Source: Polyangiales bacterium
GTDB lineage: Bacteria; Myxococcota_A; Polyangia; Polyangiales; Houyiibacteriaceae
DNA: 53,917 nt
Assembly (NCBI GenBank): GCA_047619315.1
Contig: JBLHKB010000001.1
Location: forward strand, 1-53,917
Reading direction: 5' to 3'
Below, piece by piece: positions 35,375-42,994 of the stretch; position 1 is the first letter of the stretch; every line of letters begins with the position of its first letter. The position numbers were made by a program, and so were the translations under genes. Below the pieces are notes generated by a model. It was given only the letters and a program-made list of their open reading frames with translations, was not told where the DNA came from and searched no databases.

Positions 35375-35997
35375 CCCTCCAGCAAGTCACAAAGGTACAC
35401 ATCGTGACTCAAAACCGTGGCGAGGTCGGCGCGTGCGTGGCGAAGACGCGAACGCATGGCGTCCGGACGAATGCCTTCGCGCACTGCCGCTTCCGGCGCG
35501 CTCAGTCCCTCGATGCAGCAAAGGATAAACGCACGGCGGCGCTTGATGGCAAGCTTATCGAGACCTCGATAGAGACCACGCAGCGCTTCGCGACTCATCG
35601 CCTGGGACTCAGGGTCGATTTGGTTTGGAGGTGGCGGAGCGATCTCAATGCGCTCGCGGCGGCGCTTTCGCGCTTTGTGATAGCGCAACGCCACGCGCAT
35701 CGTGATTCGGTACGCGTAGGTGTCGAGGTGCGAGTCTCCACGAAACTTGGGCAGGGCCTTCGCGATGTCTGTAAGAGCGTCTTGAAGCGCGTCGTCGACG
35801 TCGTTTTGCCCGAGGTCTCGGCACAGCCAAGCCTTCACCCGCGGCGCCAAGTCCGTGAGCGTGTCCTCAAGAGTTGGCCTATCCGGAACTACCCGGAGCA
35901 GGCCACCAACATTAGGAGGAGGGCTCAATCGAACTCCCACTCGAGGGACATTTGGTAGCCAAGGTGGTGGCGGCCCGCGTACGGTGCCTTCGTCCAC
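35368..35997 (-). CDS. ECF-type RNA polymerase sigma-70 family factor
   Basis: Region 2 VDDALQDALTDIAKALPKFRGDSHLDTYAYRITMRVALRYHK. Region 4 RRRAFILCCIEGLSAPEAAVREGIRPDAMRSRLRHARADL. The start is uncertain. The GTG at 35997 overlaps the upstream gene by 73 nt. Alternatives are the TTG at 35850 and the GTG at 35838. Confidence 0.8.
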   Translation of the reverse strand: MDEGTVRGPPPPWLPNVPRVGVRLSPPPNVGGLLRVVPDRPTLEDTLTDLAPRVKAWLCRDLGQNDVDDALQDALTDIAKALPKFRGDSHLDTYAYRITMRVALRYHKARKRRRERIEIAPPPPNQIDPESQAMSREALRGLYRGLDKLAIKRRRAFILCCIEGLSAPEAAVREGIRPDAMRSRLRHARADLATVLSHDVYLCDLLEGC

Positions 35998-37175
35998 GAC
36001 GGGCCGACGTTCACGAAGAGGCCTCCTTTGCCGTTGACCTCAAGACCAATTTCGAAGGGGAGGCCTATTCGGTGACCGATCCAACCGAAACGGTTGCCGG
36101 TCGCCCGGTCATTCTCGCTGACCATGAGGGCGGCTAACTCGAAGCCGACTCCCAGTCTCAGACGCGTTGAGGTGACGAGCATAGCCTGAAGACCCAGAAC
36201 GCCTTCGGGTTCACGGTCAGCCCACGCGAACTCACCAATCGCGCTCACACGCAGGCTTGAGTGCAGCCATCGTCCCGCGGTGATGCGGAGACCGCCGCTT
36301 GGCTGGATGTACTGGCTCGAGCCGCTTCGCAGCCAGTCTCGCCGGCGTGGAGCAAACCCGTGCGTCCAACCAAAACGGAACATCCAACCATCGCGGGCTA
36401 CGGGTGACGGCCACCAGGGGCGCGGGCGATTGCGCCGCGCGCGCACGACGCCACGTTGGTAGATCCGCAGATCGATAAGGCTGGCATCGACGGGGCAAAG
36501 CTCGTCGGCGATGGGGTCGGCGGCGGCCTCTCGATTGGCCGTGGTTTGTTCACGAATCAAGCCTTCGACCACGAGCGCAAATGCACGCGCCCACTCCGGT
36601 CCGCCGGCCGCTGGCAACGTGCTCGAGCGCGGCGTATCGCCTGCGCCATCGAGGAGCGCGACACGCTCAACATCTTCGCTGTGCTCGATCCAAACCACCA
36701 CGTCGTCCGGCATGAGCTGCGCTTGGGCACGCCAAACCCGCAGGTAGGTCGGTCGGACAGAGATTTGGCGGACCTGCCAATCGGGAAGCTGCAGCTCGAG
36801 CATATGCAAGAGCGACTCACGTCCATCGGCAACGAAGATGAGGCGGCGACGAGCCCCGCGTTCGGGCGGAGAGGCCTCCGCCCGACCAAGCTCGCCTTCA
36901 TTCGACACAGACACAGTTCCCGCGACACTTTGGGAGAGGTATTCGGCGCTCTCGACGCTCACGCTCGCGTCCGGCGCCGCCTCTTGAACCACGTCGTCGT
37001 CGTCCACGTCGTTCACGTTCTCATCCACGTTCTCGTCCGTGGACTCTTGGACGAGCTCCGGATCTGTGAGAACGGGCTCGTCGCCTGGCTCTTCGACTTG
37101 GCCCAATGCGGGGGAGCCCAAAGAAAGAACGAGGAGGGCCGAAGCCCAGGCGCGGAATATAGAAATCGAGTCCAA
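35925..37175 (-). CDS. secreted hypothetical protein with acidic N-terminal region and barrel-like C-terminal region
   Basis: TTG start. Signal peptide MDSISIFRAWASALLVLSLGSPALGQ, then an acidic DENVDENVNDVDDDD tract. The C-terminal ~170 aa has alternating amphipathic strands (LRITAGRWL, LRVSAIGEFAWA, LGLQAMLVTS, RLGVGFELAALMV, GLPFEIGLEVN, GLFVNVGPSW, LGYQMSLEWEF). Confidence 0.65.
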   Translation of the reverse strand: MDSISIFRAWASALLVLSLGSPALGQVEEPGDEPVLTDPELVQESTDENVDENVNDVDDDDVVQEAAPDASVSVESAEYLSQSVAGTVSVSNEGELGRAEASPPERGARRRLIFVADGRESLLHMLELQLPDWQVRQISVRPTYLRVWRAQAQLMPDDVVVWIEHSEDVERVALLDGAGDTPRSSTLPAAGGPEWARAFALVVEGLIREQTTANREAAADPIADELCPVDASLIDLRIYQRGVVRARRNRPRPWWPSPVARDGWMFRFGWTHGFAPRRRDWLRSGSSQYIQPSGGLRITAGRWLHSSLRVSAIGEFAWADREPEGVLGLQAMLVTSTRLRLGVGFELAALMVSENDRATGNRFGWIGHRIGLPFEIGLEVNGKGGLFVNVGPSWTKAPYAGRHHLGYQMSLEWEFD

Positions 37176-37190
37176 CGTTCTTCCGACGAC

Positions 37191-37646
37191 CTAACAGCCG
37201 TATCCTGCAGCCACGTCAAGTTCGACAGCCACCTGCACGGAGCGGTTTTCGATGTAGATCACGAAAGTGAGTGTCGCCTGGCGGCCCAAGGGCGTGTTCG
37301 CGAGGGCTGAATCAACTTCGGATGTAGTGATGAGGATCGGCTGTACTTCAGCGCTCCCCCCTCTTTCGATCAGAATGCTCTCGACACCACCGCTTTGGAT
37401 CGTCGAAGCAAGATCCTCCAGCGTCACCGTCCCCGACCACCCCTCCGCATCAAAGGAGAGGTCGTTGGCGCCCGTCGCAAAGTTCGGCACAAACGTAGCG
37501 CTAAGAACAGGTTGCATGCCCTGATCCGTCTCAGCGCGAACCTCACTGATCTGAACCAGTGAGTTCCTGGGGCCCACCACCGTGCTCGTTTCAGCACCAA
37601 ATACACATCCGCTCATCAAGAGCGCTATCGCCAATGGTTTTGTCAT
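37191..37646 (-). CDS. small hypothetical lipoprotein
   Basis: MTKPLAIALLMSGC lipobox. GAGGAG lies 9 nt upstream of the ATG at 37646. An alternative ATG is at 37655. It ends 15 nt before the next gene. Confidence 0.6.
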   Translation of the reverse strand: MTKPLAIALLMSGCVFGAETSTVVGPRNSLVQISEVRAETDQGMQPVLSATFVPNFATGANDLSFDAEGWSGTVTLEDLASTIQSGGVESILIERGGSAEVQPILITTSEVDSALANTPLGRQATLTFVIYIENRSVQVAVELDVAAGYGC

Positions 37647-37758
37647 ATTCGCCATCTCCTCGCACCTTCGGGGACGCGGAGCGCTCAACTGTGACAGCTT
37701 ATTTTCAAACTCTGGTTCATTGACGGGTGCATTGGGGAAAGGCCCAATGCTTTCGGTC

Positions 37759-40191
37759 CTAAAGGAGGCAGCGAGGGATAGCCTCTTCGGACTCGTTGTT
37801 GTCCAAATCACACTCGCGGAAGAGCGGAGCGTCGGCGTCTGTTTGAATCCGGGCCACAAAGCTGACGCCCGCAGGGACATCGGCGGGCGCTTCAAGACGA
37901 ACTTCATTTCCACGGCCGGGCAAGGTCGGACCGGTCGTTGTGCCGGTACCGATCAATGTATCCACGCCGCCTTCTCTCCGGAAGAAGCCGACCTCGACGC
38001 CCGCCGGCAGAGGCGCTGGACCTTGGTTTCGAACCGTCGCGACCAGACCGAGGGGCGCGGTGCACTCCACTCGAAGGCTCACCTGCGCGTCCGGCGCGTT
38101 GAAGATGCCTTCGTTCTGAACGTTCTGTCGGAAGTTGTTGAGCCAAGGGAGCGTCCAGTTTCGCTCTTCGCGAAGAGGAATAGCGCCGTACCCCAGCGCT
38201 GCGTCACACGCCGCGTCTCGGCCGTCGCAGGTGTTCGTCACGTGGTAGGCGTGTTGCGTCCAGAGTGAGCGCGTCGCGACCCAAGAGTTCGTTTGATCAC
38301 GAAACACGGTGATCCCCTTCCAAGAGTCCGCGTAGGAGGGCGCCTCCCAGATCGGATAGCCGTCCGTGCCCGTGGTGTGTTCTGCGCAGGTCCATCGAGT
38401 GGGGTCTGCGCCCGTGGAGATCATGACCATCTCCGCGTGGCCATCTCCGTCCACGTCCGCCACGAGCGACGCCTCGGTGCCCGTAAAAGACGCGGTGGGG
38501 GCAGAGAACCGAACGTCTCCTGTCGGCCCATCGAAGACCCACATGAAGCACTCGTCGTTGTAGATGACCTCGGCGACGCCATCGCCTTCAAAGTCGAAGA
38601 CCGTGGACCCCGTGACGGAAGAGCTGTTGTCGTGGTTGAGCGTAGCCCAGGCTGTGGTCAGCGCGCCGCCGGCAAAGTCGACCTCTACCATGGAGTAACG
38701 GTTCTGCTGCGCGACTCCGATCTCCGGCTCTCCGTCGCCATCGAAGTCGGCCACCGTAGGTGGACCGCCGAAGCCATTGCCCGTCAAAGTGTAGGGCCCA
38801 AGGAGCGTCTCGCCCGTGTCGCCACGGAGGAGCGTGATGGTGCCGCTCGCCACATGGACGATGTCCGGCTCTCCGTCGGCGTTGAAGTCCGCGACGGCGC
38901 TGAAGCCATCGGCGATGTCGAGACGCTGCCAGAGGATCGTCCCGTCGGCCTTGATGGCTGTGCGTCCAGCGAGCAGCTCCAAGTCTTCGTCGCTGTCCAA
39001 GTTGACGAAGAAGCTCGTCGACGTGCTGACGGTGCCCTGATCCCAGCCTCCACGCGCGCTGGCGACGTTGAACACTTCGGTGAAGGTGCCATCGGCCCAA
39101 GTGTAGACGGCACCACGCCAAGCGACTTCAGGGTTCCCGTCGCCATCCATGTCCGCCATCGCGAGACCGCCGCCCCAGCCAAGACCCACCTCTGTTGCGA
39201 CCGGCAGGATGTCCTCGCCGAGTCCGAGGAGCTCACCGTTTCCGTCGATGGCGGCGAGGCGCCTCTCAGCGGTGATGAGGACGATGTCCATCACACCGTT
39301 GTCGTCCAAGTCGCCTAACGCAGCGCTTACTGCAGAGAAACCTTCACTGCCTTCAAGGTTTGGGAGTGACCAGAGTTCGCGACCCGTGGCCCCGTCAAGG
39401 GCACGCAAGATACCGCGACGACACGCGTCGAGTCCTGCCTGGTGGCAAGCGCTGCCGTCGGTGTTGTTGGAGACGAAGATGATGGCGCTTGGGTCGAGGG
39501 AATCGACGCGACCGTCACAGTTGGTGTCGTAGATGCGGCCCACGACCGGTGTCGACCAGACATCGACGCGGTCGCTAAACTCCGTGGCTGTGGTCGGGTC
39601 CCAGCGCCACTGAACGACGGCGTCGAGCTCGCCAGTGTCATCAGGCATGAACTGACAGTCGCTGCGAACGCAGCCCTCGGCGGCGCCGGGTTCGTCGCAG
39701 CTTGGCGGCGACATGAGGCAACGTCCGCTCGGCACAGAAGTACACGCCATCGTCGGATCCGGCGGCGGCATCGTGCCCAGTCCGAGTTCGCAATATTCGC
39801 CGTCATCGCAGTCCGCGGCGCTCGCGCACTCGTCTCCTGGAGTGACGCACGCGTTCGCGAAACACTCTTGTTCCGCGCCGCAGCACGACGTTCCGCACAC
39901 GTTCTCGAGCGAAGCGCAACAGGAGCCTTCAAGGCAGACCCCCTCGCCGCACATATCGTCGGTGGTGCAAGCCGGTCCGGCGTCGAACACGTCCGCGACG
40001 ACGGCGTCGCTCTGCGGTCCGGCGTCACGGGGTCCAACGTCGACGCCGCGCGGTACGCAGGCGCCATCGAGGCATGTTCCACCGTCTTCGCAATCCGAAT
40101 CGAAGGAGCACCCGGGCTCTATCGGGTCACTGCAGTCGCAGGCCGCGACGGAAAGAAGAAGGAGAAAAAACGGGTAGAGAAAACGCTGCAC
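37759..40191 (-). CDS. Cys-rich / FG-GAP (VCBS, integrin-alpha-like) beta-propeller / CARDB-like lipoprotein, paralog 1
   Basis: GTG start. Signal with lipobox-like Cys pair, MQRFLYPFFLLLLSVAACDC. Cys-rich modules (CSFDSDCEDGGTCLDGAC...). Seven-plus FG-GAP-type Ca loops (GDLDDNGVMDIV, ADMDGDGNPEVA, ADFNADGEPDIV, ADFDGDGEPEIG, FDFEGDGVAEVI, ADVDGDGHAEMV). C-terminus ...VRNQGPAPLPAGVEV...ECDLDNNE is CARDB-like. Confidence 0.85.
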   Translation of the reverse strand: MQRFLYPFFLLLLSVAACDCSDPIEPGCSFDSDCEDGGTCLDGACVPRGVDVGPRDAGPQSDAVVADVFDAGPACTTDDMCGEGVCLEGSCCASLENVCGTSCCGAEQECFANACVTPGDECASAADCDDGEYCELGLGTMPPPDPTMACTSVPSGRCLMSPPSCDEPGAAEGCVRSDCQFMPDDTGELDAVVQWRWDPTTATEFSDRVDVWSTPVVGRIYDTNCDGRVDSLDPSAIIFVSNNTDGSACHQAGLDACRRGILRALDGATGRELWSLPNLEGSEGFSAVSAALGDLDDNGVMDIVLITAERRLAAIDGNGELLGLGEDILPVATEVGLGWGGGLAMADMDGDGNPEVAWRGAVYTWADGTFTEVFNVASARGGWDQGTVSTSTSFFVNLDSDEDLELLAGRTAIKADGTILWQRLDIADGFSAVADFNADGEPDIVHVASGTITLLRGDTGETLLGPYTLTGNGFGGPPTVADFDGDGEPEIGVAQQNRYSMVEVDFAGGALTTAWATLNHDNSSSVTGSTVFDFEGDGVAEVIYNDECFMWVFDGPTGDVRFSAPTASFTGTEASLVADVDGDGHAEMVMISTGADPTRWTCAEHTTGTDGYPIWEAPSYADSWKGITVFRDQTNSWVATRSLWTQHAYHVTNTCDGRDAACDAALGYGAIPLREERNWTLPWLNNFRQNVQNEGIFNAPDAQVSLRVECTAPLGLVATVRNQGPAPLPAGVEVGFFRREGGVDTLIGTGTTTGPTLPGRGNEVRLEAPADVPAGVSFVARIQTDADAPLFRECDLDNNESEEAIPRCLL

Positions 40192-40255
40192 GCCCCATAT
40201 TAGCGATGGGGGGCAGTCAGACGCAACAAGTGACTAAGATCCACTCAATGCAGGC

Positions 40256-40879
40256 TTAGGACTCTTCTTCGCCGCCGCTGGTCTCTTCCTGAGGGGGTGC
40301 AGCCATGTCTTGGAGGCCCCAACGGAAGTTCACGCGGTTGATCCCGAAGACAACGCGTGGGCTCACCGTCGTCACACGACCCTGGTTGGGGAAGCAGACG
40401 CTGCCGCCGCCGGTGGCGTCGTAGTACGTCGCCGGTTCATAGAAGGTGCGGTAGATCGGTCGCTCTTCCCAGCGCATGCACTGGTTTGTGCGGCTGTTTC
40501 GACGTGTGCATTCGTTGGACGAACCGACTTCGCGCTGGACGGCCTCGGTTCCCTGACGGCTGGTGACCGTTGGCTGAAATTCCTGGGTGACCGTGGCGTC
40601 TTCGTACCAAGTCCCATCGGAGTTCATCAAAAGGCTCTGACTGGAGAGCATCGCGTTGGGCGGCTGGTGGACCTCTGAAACAGAGAACGACACATCGAAG
40701 CACACGGCCTCGGGGTCGAGACGCTGCATGGTCGACTGCCAACCGTTGCGGTGAGTGATCGTGTTTGGCTGATCGACAACACCCACCTGCAGTGGGTTAC
40801 GGATCATCACGTCCATCTTCAGGCCGCAGCCAACAAGTGAAACGGACGACAGGGCTATAAGAAAAGCGACTCGATGCAT
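40256..40879 (-). CDS. hypothetical lipoprotein
   Basis: Start trimmed to the ATG at 40879 (MHRVAFLIALSSVSLVGC), with GGGGGAG 7 nt upstream. 207 aa with an acidic C-terminal tail. Confidence 0.7.
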   Translation of the reverse strand: MHRVAFLIALSSVSLVGCGLKMDVMIRNPLQVGVVDQPNTITHRNGWQSTMQRLDPEAVCFDVSFSVSEVHQPPNAMLSSQSLLMNSDGTWYEDATVTQEFQPTVTSRQGTEAVQREVGSSNECTRRNSRTNQCMRWEERPIYRTFYEPATYYDATGGGSVCFPNQGRVTTVSPRVVFGINRVNFRWGLQDMAAPPQEETSGGEEES

Positions 40880-40984
40880 AAACAACTCCCCCGAAATACG
40901 GTAACGCCTAATACGACGCAACTCCGTCGAACTTCCTTCACTTAGCAGACAAAGTACCGAGCGCTGCTCCTCAGATAGCCGGCG

Positions 40985-41410
40985 CTAACAGGGAAATGAG
41001 ACCTGTTCCGCCGCGGTCCTTAGAAGGCGGAGCGATTCTCTGACTTGGTCGTGCCTATTTTTAGGGATTCGCTCAAAAAGCGCATGAACCGTGGCTTCCG
41101 TGAGCGCCTCAAGCGCCCGGGCCCTTTTTTGGCCGGCAGCGCTCAGTGAGAGAACGAAACGACGGCCGTCATCTTTGTCAGCCTTCTTCTTGATCCAGCC
41201 GCGCTTGTCGAGGCCCTCCACGAGGCGTGTGACAGCGCCCTTCGTCACGCCGGTTTGCTCGGCGAGCGTCGAGCTATCCATGGGCGTCGCATACAGGAGC
41301 TGCATGGCGACGCACTGGGCGACGCTCACATCCCCACAGCAAACTAAATCGCGCCCCGCCATCCCGAAGAGACGACAGAACGCGAGGAGATCTTTGGCAG
41401 GTTCGTTCAA
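40985..41410 (-). CDS. MarR-family transcriptional regulator with N-terminal Cys cluster
   Basis: wHTH MDSSTLAEQTGVTKGAVTRLVEGLDKRGWIKKKADKDDGRRFVLSLSAAG. The TTG at 41410 overlaps the arsM stop (TTGA). An alternative ATG is at 41362. Cys residues fall in FC...VCC.......C. Confidence 0.8.
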   Translation of the reverse strand: MNEPAKDLLAFCRLFGMAGRDLVCCGDVSVAQCVAMQLLYATPMDSSTLAEQTGVTKGAVTRLVEGLDKRGWIKKKADKDDGRRFVLSLSAAGQKRARALEALTEATVHALFERIPKNRHDQVRESLRLLRTAAEQVSFPC

Positions 41411-42219
41411 TTTTTCTTTGCTCGAATACTGTAGCTGAAGACGCTCTTTACCACGCGCGCTAGCGTGGCTGCTTCCGTCGTCGCGATCAACTGCTGCGTG
41501 AGAGGGTCGCTTCCGCACGAGCGCAGCAGCTCCCCGGCCCCTCGGCGCTCAAACGACAGGTCGACGAAGCCCGCCTGACGGATCTTTTCCAGATACTCCG
41601 CTTCCGGCAGTGCTCCAGCGAGGCACGCATTCCAAGCCGCCGAGTGACCGCGTAGCTCCTCCGGCAAAGGTGCGTCGAGGACGATGTCCGAGATAGCGAT
41701 ACGTCCACCAGCCTTGAGCACGCGAAACATCTCCCGAAAAACAGCGTCCTTGTCCGGGCTCAAGTTGATGACGCAGTTGGAAATGACGACATCGACGCTT
41801 CCAGAAGCAATGGGGAGAGCTTCGATGAGCCCTTCGCGGAACTCAACGTTGCGCGCCACGCCTGCCTTGACCGCATTTGTACGCGCGCGTTCGAGCATCG
41901 CTGGTGTCATGTCGACGCCGATAAAGCGGCCGCTTTCGCCCAGCTTTGGAGCCGCGATGAGGGCGTCGAAGCCCGCGCCAGAGCCGAGGTCCACAACGAC
42001 CTCACCTTCCTGGAGCTGCGCCAAGGCGTGAGGGTTTCCGCATCCAATCCCAAGATTGGCCTCGCCGGCGATCTCTAAGTCTTCAGGTGTGTAGCCGATG
42101 GCCAGGGCCGCCGGCGCGCTGCCCGCGACAGAGTAGGCCTGAGCCGTCGCAGAGTACGCGCTGCGAACTTGGGCGTGGGTGGATGTGAGTGTGGGAGTGG
42201 AAGGGATCGTGCTGGCCAT
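41407..42219 (-). CDS. arsM: arsenite S-adenosylmethionine methyltransferase (ArsM-like)
   Basis: GIGCGNPHA, VVDLGSGAGFDALIAA (SAM motif I), VDVVISNCVINLSPDK and ACLAGAL. All three catalytic Cys positions of ArsM-type enzymes are present. Confidence 0.85.
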   Translation of the reverse strand: MASTIPSTPTLTSTHAQVRSAYSATAQAYSVAGSAPAALAIGYTPEDLEIAGEANLGIGCGNPHALAQLQEGEVVVDLGSGAGFDALIAAPKLGESGRFIGVDMTPAMLERARTNAVKAGVARNVEFREGLIEALPIASGSVDVVISNCVINLSPDKDAVFREMFRVLKAGGRIAISDIVLDAPLPEELRGHSAAWNACLAGALPEAEYLEKIRQAGFVDLSFERRGAGELLRSCGSDPLTQQLIATTEAATLARVVKSVFSYSIRAKKN

Positions 42220-42395
42220 GTCAGCCCTTTGGTTGAGTTACGCAACTATCATTAGTTGCATCGCTCAACTTGTCAAAGGCGAAGGCGAACTCATGCTGCG
42301 CGCCGCATAAATGTCGCTGCAGCTGGACAGAGCACACGGGAATCGTGGAGGCTGACGACCCATGGCCGACTTCAGGGTCCAATACGGAATCACTC

Positions 42396-42986
42396 GTGGC
42401 TAAACGCGAAACTCTACGAAACACTCTCAAGCAGGTCCGCGCGTGTGAGGTCTGCGCAAAGGACCTTCCCCTTGGGCCGCGACCCGTTGTCCAGGTGGGT
42501 GCGAGAGCGAAGGTGATCATCATCGGCCAAGCGCCGGGCACCAAGGTGCACGAGAGCGGCGTGCCCTGGGACGATGCCTCTGGGGACCATCTGCGCGAGT
42601 GGCTCGGCGTGACGAAGGATGTGTTTTATGCGGCGGCGCGCTTCTCCATTTTGCCCATGGGCTTCTGCTATCCTGGAGCCAAAGGCGGAGGTGATGCGCC
42701 ACCCAGGCCGGAGTGCGCGCCGCTCTGGCATTCGCCCTTGCTCGACTTTGCCCCCAAGGGCGCCTTGCTCCTCTTGGTAGGGATGTACGCCCAGAAGTAC
42801 TACCTAGGCAAAGAGCGCAAGAAGACCTTAGGCGACACAGTACGAGCGGCGGAGGAGTACCTCCCACGGTTCTTCCCCCTTCCCCACCCAAGCTGGCGCT
42901 CGAAGCATTGGATGAAAAAGAACCCGTGGTTCTCGTCGTCGATTCTGCCTAGCCTTCAGCGCGAGATCGCCTTGAGGAGCACGTGA
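42396..42986 (+). CDS. uracil-DNA glycosylase superfamily protein (family-4-like)
   Basis: VRACEVCAKDLPLGPRPVVQ...IIIGQAPGTKVHESGVPWDDASGDHLREWLG...HPS. A GTG start at 42396 gives the usual ~196 aa. The ORF is open back to the ATG at 42270. Confidence 0.8.
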   Translation: MAKRETLRNTLKQVRACEVCAKDLPLGPRPVVQVGARAKVIIIGQAPGTKVHESGVPWDDASGDHLREWLGVTKDVFYAAARFSILPMGFCYPGAKGGGDAPPRPECAPLWHSPLLDFAPKGALLLLVGMYAQKYYLGKERKKTLGDTVRAAEEYLPRFFPLPHPSWRSKHWMKKNPWFSSSILPSLQREIALRST

Positions 42987-42994
42987 TCATCGGG

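Noticed and set aside
40193-40211. Hairpin CCCCAT-attagcg-ATGGGG between lipoprotein 40256..40879 and the FG-GAP gene as a terminator
   Set aside because: It has only a 6-bp stem, no U-tract, and overlaps the likely ribosome-binding region of the downstream gene. At most it is a translational element.
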